This document shows positions 41,201 to 53,822 of a stretch of 64,000 nt of DNA, piece after piece; the stretch's first letter is position 1; each line of letters starts with the position of its first letter. Made by a program: the position numbers and the translations under genes. A model generated the notes under the pieces. That model did no database searches. It worked only from the letters and a program-made list of their open reading frames with translations, and was not told the DNA's origin. This DNA comes from Podarcis melisellensis. Lineage: Eukaryota. The DNA lies in NCBI GenBank assembly GCA_964234715.1, contig OZ174280.1. One strand, 5' to 3'.

Positions 41201-41783
41201 TCTATGTCTGCATGTGCTGACATCAGTTCTCCAGGGTTTCAGATGATAATCTTTTCCAGTCCTAACTGGAGACACCAGGGGTCAATCCTGGAATTTCTTA
41301 CATGCAAATCAGTACGCTTCCACTAAGCTGCATATGTGCTTCACTGCTATATCCCATCTAGCTTTAAAAGGCCAAAGGGAGGCATTTTGCTTGTAAGGTG
41401 GTGATTCCAGAGCACCATACTTTTCAGAGACAGATCCAGATTGCAGTGTTGCAGTGTTCACCTGAAGTAGTGAACAAACATACTCACAGAGACACAGACA
41501 CACTCCCTTGTCCCCATTTCATTCTTTTTTAAAAAACTGATCTGACTAGCAGATGAATCTTAGTTCAATACTGGCAACAGCACAGTAACTTCCATTGCAC
41601 CTGAGGGTGCAGTAATATAGGAGAGTCAGGACTGGCCATGTAACACACAGCTTTGTTCTTCAAGGTTATGAAAAAGCCAGTGGGCAATAGCTAGGAGGCT
41701 GCTGTCACTGCTCCCCCTACAGCATTGGATACCTGAGGCAGTTGCCTCACTTTACCTAATGGTAGAGCTGGTCCTGCACACAC

Positions 41784-41880
41784 CAGCCAAGCAAAAAGGC
41801 TGTGCCTTCAGTGTGAAACTTGCTTTCAGCCCATTTCTTGTCTGACAAATCTCACAGTAGAACATAGGTCTCCTATCCAT
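41784..41880 (-). CDS. Candidate alternative first coding exon of PIK3R3 (MDRRPMFYCEICQTRNGLKASFTLKAQPFCLA)
   Basis: ATG in strong Kozak context (aagcATGg). 97 nt = 32 codons + 1 to donor CTG|gtgtgt, the same phase as the p55 exon. Embedded in about 1.1 kb of non-repetitive, promoter-like DNA. No expression evidence. Confidence 0.4.
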
Positions 41881-44859
41881 GCTTTGGATTTGTTTTAGAA
41901 TAATCCACATTCTGGCAGGATCCGAATGCAAGCCTGGGTGTGAAGGGTGAATGCGAAGCACTTCTGGTGGGAGCCCTTTATTCAGGGACAAGGCAAGCGT
42001 ATTTATTTTCTCCTTACTTAATTTCAACCTTGAGAATGCACTGATCTTCTCCACACCGCCCCCCCCCCCGCTTCTCTGGGTTGAGGATGACGATTTCTCT
42101 TGACTCCATTCCAAGAATGCTGTCTTCTCTTTATTGATGGGGATTGTGCCGTTCATTCTTATCAGAGGAATAGGTTTCAGCTATGCTCTCGCTCCATTAG
42201 CTCCGATACACCGTGGGGAATAAAGCTGCCCATCTCCTTCACTGCGAATGCCGGCAATGGAGCGCTACCCTGGTTGCTGCCAACTCAGTGATGTCATCTT
42301 CAACTGCAATGCGACCTCCCCTCCTGGCCTTGTGCAAAACTCCCTTAATGAGGCGTCTGTGCTCCTGGCTGCTTCCCTGTTGGCACTCAGGAAAGCAAAG
42401 GGCGTGCTGCACAAATCCATCTTTGCAGGCATTCATCTTTATTGTTGCATACTGACCCAAAGTACCTCTCTCCCTCCGATGAGCCTGATTGAAATTCAAT
42501 GGGAGAAAAAAAAATGCCAGGAGAACAATTTGTCCTTAACTAAACACAGCCTTTTTCTTCCCCCTCCCCCCTCCCCCTCTGTGCAGGAGCTGCTGTTAGT
42601 TTGCTTCCAAGATTCTCCTTCGGGCAAGGATAAAAGATTGGGAGCCTGAATTTCTAAACATTAGCTAAATCTAGTGGATGGACCCGTCCCCACACCTCTT
42701 CACTGTACAGCATTTACAGTCAGATGCAAAATACTATACGCAAGATGCAGCAGCAACCCCCCAAGAAAGTAACGTGAGATTCCTCTTCTCTGTTACAGGA
42801 GCCTATTTCCTCCGGACAAAGCCTGCATACAAGGCAAGGCTGCACCTTTTTATTCTGATGAACTGCCCTGGTCATTTTATTTTAAATAGCAGCTGAGATT
42901 ACTGTGCTAATCACTAAAGAAAATGCATGCATTCCCAATAGGGCTTCTTACTGAGTTTGCTCCGTTTATTTGATAGGAGCATAGGAAGCTGCCCTGGACA
43001 TAGCTCAGGTGGCTAGAGGGTGATGCTGATAGCACCAAGGTTGAAGGCTGCATATTCCTGCATTGCATGGATTAGATGATCTTCAAGGTTCCTTCCAACT
43101 CTAGAATTATATGATTTTATGTATATACCAAGTCAGACCATCTAGCAAAGCACTGTCTATGCTGACTGGTAGCAGCACTTCAGGATTTGAGACCGGGGTC
43201 CCTCCCAGTCATACTTGGAGACGCTGGGGGGAAAATGCTGTTTCCCTGCAGTCCAGGGGAAGTAATTTCCCAGCTGTCTGCCTATGTAGTTTGCATCCTA
43301 TTCTGCCCCTAGGTGGCTCACATGTGGACCTCATTTTATCCATCCTGCAATGTAGGTTAGTCCGAGGGAATTAGACTAACAATTAACAATCCTGCAATGA
43401 AGGTTAGTCTAAGGAATGATTTACCCAAGGTCATTCAGTGAGCTTCTTGCATGAGCAAGGAACTGAACCTGAGCTTCTTACAATCAAATCTGTGATAGAG
43501 CCACCTCTGAAAGACACAAATATATTTTTCTGGGAAGTTTGTGAAAATATTGCATAAGAATTATAACGTATGTCTGCCTTAGACAATGTCCATATGGCAA
43601 AACTCTTGAGAGAATGTTCACACTTTACTCTCTCTGGAATTCTAAAGTACACAGATTATGCTTCCAATATTACACCACCACAAATCTTGTTGTTTTCGGA
43701 ATGTACACCCAACATTCTAACCCAGTTTCCCTCAACCTGACGCCCTACAGATATTTAGGACTACAACTATTTAGGACTGCTATCATCTCTGACCACTGGC
43801 CATGCTGTCTGGGGGTGATGGGGCTTGTATTCCAGAACGTCTGGTGGACACCAGGTTGTAGGAAGGCTGCTGTAGCATGCATGTTTTTGCTTATGCTTCA
43901 GGGAGTGCATTTGACAAATGCTGTCTCCGAAGGTTTGATGATGTCATCACTGCACTCTCAGTGGAAAGTTCCGTTGACTTTAGCCAAAACTGGACAAGGT
44001 CTCTAGCACTAGGAAATGTTGTATTTTCCTAAGGGTGGCCAAAAGAGCATGAATAGCTTCATATTCACAGCAAACACGATGGTGATAGAGAATACCTATG
44101 TGAGATACAATATATATATATATATATATTCAATCAGTCACTGGTAATTCTATTCTGTGGCTCCCAAGGCCTGTTTGTAAAAATATAGTAATAACCTATT
44201 CTTGCAGTTAGATCATGAGTTGGTTGGACAGAAGGAGAAGAGGAGCAGAGCATGAGGAGGTAATGCAAGACAGTGTGAGGGCAGCAGCTGCCTAACAATA
44301 CTAGCACACAGCTTCAGCATTTCATTGCAGAGCTTGTGATTTGGGCCTCACATGATTGCGATAAAATCACAAGAGCAGCCATCTGGGTGTGTATGCATAT
44401 ATTTGGCAATCCACAATGGTACAGTATCTTCACAACACTGAGACCTTCTGATAGACTAATCAAAATGTAAAACATAGAGGACACTTGAAGTCTGCTAGTG
44501 CTTTCACTATACTTCTCCTCATTAACATCTCGTATCAGTGTTGTGCTAGGCACTGTGCAGAACACAGAAATCATACAGAGCCTGCTGAGAGTTCTTGCAG
44601 CCTACAATAGCCAGGCATGACAGGGATGGACAGAGGCCATTGGGTAGTTGACAGTTAAGGTACAACAGAGGAGATGAGGGGCTGCTGTGGTCTGTATACT
44701 TATGGAAGTGAAGTGCTCTGAAGCAAGAGACACCTGTGATGGTCTCAGGAATAATCAAAATAAGAGATATTTGTCAACCAACTTCTTAACTATGGTAGGG
44801 GCAAATAGTGGCACCTTAATTCAGATGGAGTTGCAAAATGAGCCTTAAAAGCCATGTTT

Positions 44860-45053
44860 NNNNNNNNNNNNNNNNNNNNNNNNNNNNNNNNNNNNNNNNN
44901 NNNNNNNNNNNNNNNNNNNNNNNNNNNNNNNNNNNNNNNNNNNNNNNNNNNNNNNNNNNNNNNNNNNNNNNNNNNNNNNNNNNNNNNNNNNNNNNNNNNN
45001 NNNNNNNNNNNNNNNNNNNNNNNNNNNNNNNNNNNNNNNNNNNNNNNNNNNNN
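44860..45053. other. Assembly gap (194 N)
   Basis: Run of n. Confidence 0.99.
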
Positions 45054-46490
45054 TTGATATACTGTATTGCAATAGGCCCCTCTGAATCTGTGTGTTCTCT
45101 GAATGTGTCTCACGCTCAGAACAGTTTGAGCAAAGAATTTATAGCCAGCTGGGTACACATAGAAATGCATAGATGCATAGAACAACACTGTTACAAGTAA
45201 CCATATTCTGTTTCTGACAGCAATGGCTGATAAGACCAGGTAGTATATTTTGTGACCAAAGACACTGGATGAGGGTGCTGGAAGCATGGTGGTAGGTGAT
45301 GCACAATTGATGACCCACCCCAGTAATACCTCCAGCCACTTGCAAATGATATTAATGGAATGTACCTGTGTGAGGAGCTACTAGCCAGTCATCAGCTACA
45401 TACCATGGCATTGATCCAGCCACCCCATGCCTCCAACAAGACTCCTGTCATTAAGAGAATGGGGCTCTATTCCCCACCCACAATTTGGTTCCTGTTCTGC
45501 AGTGGCAGACATCCTGTGTCTGCCACATCACCTCCTTGCTATTCCTGCCCTCCTACAGTCTACATTCCTGTAACCTGATACCTGCACCAAATTCATTGAA
45601 AGAGAATAGAATGTAAGCAACTGCAATCTGGATATGGTGAGGCTGAAATTCTCTCCACCCGCCTCCCCACAACTCCCCGCTCTGTATCCACACATACACC
45701 ATCATCCATTTGCATAAACTATTAAGCAGCAAGCTAAATAGATGTGGCCTCTTTAGGCTGTAATCCAGCGCTGAGATGAGCTAAGCGCACAGCACTTACT
45801 GCTCCATGTAATCAATTCCAGTGCAGCACATTCATTATCGTTGCCTTTAGCATTAATATGTCTCATAAAGAAAATGCTCCCATGTGTTGCCCAAGGCCTC
45901 AGCAGCTTGTTCGCTGCCCCTAGTTCTCTCTGATTCCTCCTTTAAAAAAATAAGTAAATTAAAAAGCAGCTCTAATTATTGTCCCTGCTTCCATGGATTC
46001 CATTCAGCCACTGATCTCCATGTGTCAGCGTCGGGTTGTGGGCAGCTGTGTGAGGTGAGCTGGGGGCCAGGAACTATGGGATGAGCCAGAAGTCAGGAGC
46101 AAAGGACAAAATCAGTAAGCAGGATCACGGAGCTAAGCCAGGTGTCAAGACTGAAGAGCAAGTCAGAACTGGAGGACACAGAAGACAGGATTGAGGTGCA
46201 AGCCAGAGGTCAGAACCAAAGGACAATATATGAACACACCAGAGCTCAGAAATAGGTTCAAGCAAGACTCAACTGGCACAGCAAGGACTGCGCCTGCCTG
46301 TTCAGGAAGATCCAATGGCCAACCTGGGTGGGCAGAGTCAGTTCAGGGCCTGAGGGTACTCCACTGAGTAGCTATTCACATGCAGTTCAGTGGCTCACCA
46401 CTAGGGGAGCCATCCTGATGGCTTCCACCACTCCTTTCTTATGTGGATATAAGTTTCTGAACAATGTCAACAGAAGCTTGGTGAGCTACA

Positions 46491-46710
46491 CAGTGGTACC
46501 TCGGGTTACATATGCTTCAGGTTACAGACTCCGCTAACCCAGAAATATTACCTTGGGTTAAGAACTTTGCTTCAGGATGAGAACAGAAATCGTGCAGCAG
46601 TGGCGCAGCAGCAGCGGGAGGCCCCATTAGCTAAAGTGGTGCTTCAGGTTAAGAACAGTTTCAGGTTAAGAACGGACTTCCGGAACGAATTAAGTTCTTA
46701 GGTACCACTG
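46491..46710 (+). mobile_element. Tc1/mariner MITE, copy 3
   Basis: Near-identical to copy 1 (ctaacccagaaat...gaactttgcttcaggatgagaacagaaatc...), with a small deletion at the right TIR. Confidence 0.85.
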
Positions 46711-47589
46711 TATATACACTAATGTTCTCTGCAGGATGCAGCAGGTGATTTTCCATGTCTGTCCCTTACAGATTTGAGGATCTGGTATGCGCAATCTGCA
46801 TTGTGCCATTCACCAGCCCAGTCTTCATCTGCTCTACAGACAGTTTCTGATTCAGGGTTGGCACATTGGGGAGTACTGAGGAACAGCATCAACTTATAGC
46901 TGCCACACACCATTCTGTTTAAGCAAGAGCCACACGTTCTATTCCCATTGCTGCTGCTTCAACCCAAGTGGAGGCATGATTAACTGCACTCCAGGCATGG
47001 CCAGAGTTGCAAGGCATTCATCTTAACATGTGAACCACTGCTTCGGTCAATTAACCAAGGAGGTAAATCATGGGTGTCTCTAAAGCCAGATCTCCTATAA
47101 TAAGGGAGCAAAAATTTAGGTGGCCAGAAACAACTGGTGCCTAGAGCAGTTGGTCCTGGTGACTGGGTTGGTGAAGAGTCGTTGCTGTTTTGTTTTACGG
47201 TTTTATTTCACAGTGGTACTTTTAAACCTTGTACAGTGAATTGAATGCTGGATGAGTGGCACAGAAATATTTAAGTCCAATAAGATTAGTAAAGATAGTG
47301 ATGACTTCCAGGTATGCATGCCCTCTGCCATCTCTGTGTTAGGAAGTGCCTGAATAGAAGACAAAAGGAATGCACCACCATTACAACTGAGTGGATAAGT
47401 TCACAGGCTCCCAAGAGAGGCAGGGATGCTGTTCACCAATAGAAGGAAGACGGACCAAGGCAAGAGGCAGGTTGTCACAGCCAGAGTGCAGAACAGCAAG
47501 GAATCATCATCATCATCATCATCATCCGGTTATGGAGGCACTGGGTTGCATCCCCTCATAATTCTGCACCAAGGGTCATGGCCACACGG

Positions 47590-47590
<1 letters not shown>

Positions 47591-47627
<37 letters not shown>
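47591..47627. repeat. (CA)n microsatellite
   Basis: Direct read; a (TCA)n run also lies at about 47503-47526. Confidence 0.95.
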
Positions 47628-47629
<2 letters not shown>

Positions 47630-50600
47630 TGCCACTGCCAGGGGGAGTCTCTGTAAGTTCTGCATTGTTTTAGCTGCTGGCCTAGCTCTCATAAAAGAAA
47701 TAAACGTGCATTAGACAGCATCAACTAAGGTGTGCCATGCCAGGGATGTGGCAGGAATGTGATCAGTAAAATAAATCCAAATGAATCAATTTTTGGCATA
47801 TTCAGTATGAGAAAGCAGAAGTTGTCTCAAGCCACTAGCCACTCCATATCCCAGAGTGGAGTTCAGTCATGGACTTTTCAATAGAACAGAGTCCAAAGTT
47901 CCCTGTCGAGGTGAAATCTGGTGTGGGCAAAACTCATCCCTGCCCTCGTGCTGCCCACCCCCTTGAGCTCTGGGCCACTGCCTCCCCAACAAGAATCCCC
48001 TGGCAGAGTAATGTAGGAATGAAGGTATCAGCTGGTAGTTGCAGTGAAGAACTAAGGGAGGGGAGATGTGAGGACAACACTGAGTCCCCCACCTCCCAAT
48101 TTCAATCCCCCTAAATTGCTTACTCTCCCATTAGGCTGCCTACAAATGTGACTGCAAAATTGGGGGGCCATTTTTGCTCAGCTCTGCTTTTCAGCCTCTC
48201 TGTGATAACAGGCTTTTAGTCCTCTGATACAACACAATGGCTGGGATCCAAACTCCTTCAGGTGCCTACAAAGAGCGTCTTTTAAGGTGCCTGTGTGTAC
48301 ACAGCAGCGCTTCCCACTTTCTTCTTCTTCTTGACAGCAGGTCTTTGTGCCTCATAGCAGGATGTTTCTGAAGTTGCTACAGTTTTGGAGGCAGCAACAT
48401 GGTTTAGTTTAAAAACTAATGAGTCCCATGACTTTTTTTTTTTGAGAAAGACCATTTTAAATGTTTGACCTCACTAAGGTTTAGAAATCTTCTGATCTGC
48501 ATTGGCCATTGTGACAAAACTCCAGGATAATGAACTTGATAGAATCAACACAGGCTCATGCCGGATTGTCAGAATATGTCTGACAGAGTGCATCAGAAGG
48601 CTGATAAATACACCACTCTCTGATTGTATGAATGGTTGGAATGTGTTACACTTCCAGCTAAACGAAATGTGAGTACAATTAACATGAAAGCTTTTAAAAA
48701 TGCCTAATAGCAGCAAAGAACGAGTTCAAGCAGCATCAGGACTACAGGAAAAGGAGAGGGAGATATCAGCTCCTCCTCTCCACTGTGATCATCCCGTTCA
48801 GACTTGCAAACAGCAGCAGGGGTGGCAATTTTTCCAGACTATGGCAGGGGAGGAAAGGGTTAAGCTCTTCTCTGCACTCTCTGAGCTCTTGATGTTAGGA
48901 CTCGCCTACAGCTGCTATACTTTTTTATTTTTTTAGAAAAGTATTTTCATTGCATTCATGCAATTAATGTCATGCCTAGTTTAGCCCTTAATCAATGTTG
49001 ATCAGCTTGAGCACCTACACTGTAGCATGGAGTCTGGATTTCCCTTCCTGCTTTGATTCTGGTAACAGAATTAGAGTGGCACTGATTTTGGGTTTAGTGG
49101 TCCGCGTTAGTCTTTGTTGCTGCATATTAGCATGGATTTCTGCGTACCAGGAAGTTGGGCTTGAAGCAGACAATTAGTGGGCAGGAGTAGGAACAATGGT
49201 CAGTTGAAGAATTCTAGGAAGTGTCCATTTAAAGGATCACAAAGGCACTACCTTCTTCCAAGGTGGCAGGTTCCAAGGCCACTTACACTCTGGCACCAGT
49301 GCACTCCCACTGCTGGTATTTCAAGCTGTGTATATGCAATATTACCAACAAACCTGAAGCTTCTTGAGAAATACTGCTGTTTGATATGTTTTCCCCTCAA
49401 ATTACCTTCCACCTGATTAGAAAGCCACATTCACTTCGCAGATGACAACTTCATAAATAGGAGTTGGGGAGCTGCAGGTGTGGGAAAACCAAATAATGTG
49501 CACCAAGTGAAGACATTTCTGCCTCATCTCTGGTGTACAGAAATGTGCAAATGTGACCTGAAATGCAGTCTGGGAAGGCGGCCGGGGTGGGGTTTGACCT
49601 CGCTGTGTTTTAAGCTGCTAATGTGTACATAGCCCAAGTCTCTTAAAGCCGGTGACTGATGACTTAATCCAAATGGTTTGTTTCTCAAATGCTTTTCTGA
49701 GTGTTTTTACTCCCCTGTTTCTAGCCAACGCTGCTATGCAAAATTGCCACAAGTTCTTTTCTTTTCCAATACCTGATGCGTTTGATGTCCGTTTTCTCCC
49801 TCTGAAGAAATCAATGTCTGTATCAGTAGATGAATGTATTGGTTTTGCCTCTCCAAGACAAGCCTTTTCAAACAAGATGGTATATTCTGTAGCCACGTCA
49901 TTTTAATTAAAAATATACCAAGGAGCTATTCATACTGGGGGCACATGAAAGGTTTCAGCAACATGCCCTGGAGCAGTTCAAACTTAATAAAGTCAAGGTG
50001 GGCCTTGGAGGACACCAGGCTTGCCTTTGATGGAGCCAAATAGATTTATAACATCTTCTAACAGCAAAGAGTTTTGTTCTTAGCAAAGAATATTTGATGG
50101 GGTATATGCAACGTAGTGGGAAAAGAGTCATGGGGGTGGGGGAGAGAGAAAAGGAAGACTTTGTTGTTTTGTTCGTTAGAGAACTCAGCTAGGAAAGTGC
50201 GGCTTAACCTCTTCTTTGCTTATACTGTAGCATGTTTAATTTCAAAACAAGACTGGACCAGAACACAAACTCCAGCCTGATTTATCTAGTCTTGCTTCCA
50301 CCTGCGATGTCAATTTGACATCTTAGAAAGAAGGCAAATAATCTAGGATAGGTTAGAAGGAGGGAAGAAAACAATAACTGATAAGAATATTTACTTTTAC
50401 AGCACATAAAAAGACCAAGGGGATGGCCAGTGAAATTTGTAGGCAACAGGCTTTGTGACATTACATGACCTTCCCTTTTTAATCTGCTTGGCTAGAGCAG
50501 AGAGCACGAGAAAAGTGGCAAATTCAGCTATCAGTTGAGGAAGTATGCTAGCCATGTTTACATCTTTGTCAGCTAATGAGGCCCAAGTACCTTTATACAA

Positions 50601-52999
50601 TATCCACAGCTGCTGTGGCTTTTGCTTTCCTTTGACCGTGCCATACTGTCCCTTGCAAAAAGCTAGAGAAGTCTCTCCATTTCTGGCAAATGTCTCAGTT
50701 CATTCAATCAATAACTGCACCAGAAAAGGGTTGTTTGAAAGCCTTTTGATCAAAGATATCGTGTGACCACAGCACAGCACATGACTCCCTATGGCATCAG
50801 AGAAATTCAGCCAATGGCAGCCAGAGGATATGACAAGTGGGTAGGTGACTCATTTGAAGGATGCTCATGGACCTGCTGTGAAACCTTGAGGTCTGTTGCA
50901 AGTGTCAACTTCATTGAAACAGCAACTCAATCACATTTTATTGGATTTAGGGAATCACCTGGTAAGAGTAAGATAAGGAAGACTGAACTAACAGAAAAGT
51001 GATAAGAGGAGAGAGGGAGGTGGACACTCCAGGAGATTTGACAGCGAACAATATTTGCTGTTCTGGTGGGTCACCATTATATGAAATTATATTGTTCTAC
51101 CAAATATATATCACACACACATGCATTCAAAAAAAGAAGAAAACAGTAAATATTGTACACTGTTATGGAGTTTTAAATTTTATACGTGTATATTTATTTG
51201 GCATATGCTATAGTGGTAAAAAGCTTGGAGGGAGAACTGAGCATGGAGGTTGGCTCAGGTGGTCTGCATCTTAGCCAAGGCCCTGTCAACTAGGGCATGA
51301 GCGAGTGAGAAGAGGAGGTCCTTGCAGTTCACAATTCTCATGTCTCAACCCCCAAGTTGCTGGTGGTATGGCAGCAAGCCAAGTAGCGTTTCTGCTATGT
51401 GTAGGGTGGGGCTGGAGATTGATATTAAAAGCTGCTATAAAGAAAAACTAAGCAGGCACTAGCAACCAAACCAATGAATATGATAAGAAGCTGAGTTGGA
51501 TGGCATGAAAAAGGTTGGACATAATGAAAAGCATATTAGAATATAACTGGGCCCAACTCTTATCTGAATGAAGCAACTGCATATTTTTACCGCTTCCCCT
51601 GACTGATTGATTGACAGACTGCATTGACTTGGGGGTGTTTCTGAGCCAAACCATGGCTTAGCCCTGGGTAGTGCAGCAGGGCTGATGGTTCACCCCGTAC
51701 AGGGGCTAATGCAAAAGGAATATTCTGATGACTGCCTTTGTGGGAGCACTGACATTGCATCAGGACTTGAACCAATCTCACGGAGCAGTGGTTCCCAATT
51801 AGCTAAGTACTGTTTTCCAAAAGCCAAGCCATAGACTCCCTACTTTTGAAAATGTCGATACCTCTGTGGTGGTTTTTGTTCTGTGAATGGTGCCACCATA
51901 CCCTCCAACATGTCCCAGCGCAAAATTGGGCTGCGCTCTCATGTGAGTTATGTGACCCGCATGAGAGCACGGCACCCAAAAGATGCACATCTGGCTGCAA
52001 TCTCACACGTTTTGGGGCTCTGTGTTCTCATGCGAGATGTCCCAGTCAGTTGATAGATATGTGCCACGGGCCTCCTGGAGGACCTCCAATTGGGACCACC
52101 CTGGAGGGTTGTGGAGTTGGCTGGGTGCTGTGCTAGCTTTTGTTTCTACAGCTATTGTTGTGGCATGGAATTTGCTGCTGAGAGTACACAGAACCACATT
52201 TATGCTATGCCAACATTAGCCCTAGCATAGAGGGACCACAGGATCATCCTGAAAACAAAACTTTGCTCGACTGTAAGAATGCAGATGCTTAGAGATCTGA
52301 TTAGAATCACACAAGCGCACACATATATATGAAAATAAATAAATCTGACATACTGTCAATGTTTAGATTATTTTTCTTTTCTTTTTTTACATTTTCACAA
52401 GAGCAGGAAATTAGAGGGAGCAGACAATCATTATTTAATGGCAGCAGAAGCTCAGTTTCAGATGCATATCTAGGCAAATTCTTCCAAGCATAGCATATAC
52501 CCCCTCCCCCCAATATGAAGTGATTGCTGGCTTGGCATATACATCACCCCTGAGAGTCAAAGATAAGGAAAAGCCGTGCAGGTCAACCCGAACATGAATT
52601 GTTGATAAAATCTATATAGCACACAGCACAGTGAATTAGCATATATGTACAGAGGAGAGAGCAATGGCATTGTAACATTTATTACAGTGAGCCATGAATG
52701 AAAAACAAGCATCAAACAGAACATGCACACTGTATGAGAAGAACAGGTCAACAGGGATTGGGGGGCACGGGGGCAGACCTTGCTACCAGACAGGTAGCAT
52801 CAGATTTTGACAAATGCATTTTCATGCCTGAAGTGAAGAACAAGATGGTGCCTCCCTTCCGTTCAATGCACGAAAGTCAGCTGAACTGACAGATGAATCT
52901 TACTTCAAAATTGATAACGGTATAAATCAGTATCCATATATATAAATCAGTATCCACACATATAAGGGAATTCTAATTAAAAATGGCACATAGATGGCA

Positions 53000-53420
53000 T
53001 CACACACCAATACAGATTTCTAAAATAACATCTGGACACTTGCCATATTACTGGCTTGGGGGCAGAGGTACATTTCCTCTGGTTTATACTGGGATTGCTT
53101 GCTGATTTATATATTTGGATTAATGTTTAGAGGGAGATCTCCAGTATATGTAGAAATGATATTGTAATGACCTGCCCAATTTTCATTGTTAAATCTCTGC
53201 AATGGCTATGTGTGTAATTTATGCTCAAAAGACCTCCTAACATGGATGCTGGCTGCAGCCAAAACCTCGATAGTGGAACGACGGAAAACACTGAAGGACG
53301 TGCAGTTAACACTTTGGTACAAAAATGTGTGGATACTAGTGATTTCAGACAAGGGTTCCCAACACATCACAGTGGCTCTCCCAAAGGCTGGACCGGTTCC
53401 ATGCATTAAAAAGTGTGTGC
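53000..53420 (+). mobile_element. Old L1/Tx1-like ORF2 C-terminal remnant
   Basis: ..LLTWMLAAAKTSIVERRKTLKDVQLTLWYKNVWILVISDK.. resembles the L1 ORF2 C-terminal AAK/W motifs; degenerate. Confidence 0.45.
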
Positions 53421-53639
53421 AGGTGTGTATAGCTGCTCTTTACTAGGACTGTAAAAGAAGGATTCAGACAAACATCTGAGTGATGCAGTCACTGAGTGTG
53501 GGAACGAGCCATTTGACTTGCCTGGCGCTACCAAACAACACCTCCTGGAATTCCTTTGCAAGGTGTGTGGTGTGGCAGGAAGAGGAAAGTTGTGTTCTTA
53601 CACTTTGGCTATGGCATGTCACAGCTTGGCTATGAAGAA

Positions 53640-53822
53640 CTGTATCTCAGTGGCAGGGCATTTTCCTTGTGTACAGAAGGTCCCAGATTTAACCTTTGAC
53701 ATCTCCAGGTAGGCATGGGAGACACTTCTATCCAAAACCCTGGAGAGCCACTACCAGTCAGTGCAGACGATATTGGGCTAGATGGACTTGACTCAGTACA
53801 AGACAACTTCCTGTGTTCCTAG
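53640..53822 (+). mobile_element. Squam3-like SINE
   Basis: tctcagtggcagggcat...aaggtcccagatttaacc...acaacttcctgtgttcct. Confidence 0.7.

Noticed and set aside
44790-45287. ORFs spanning 44.8-45.3 kb
   Set aside because: Artefacts of the N gap.
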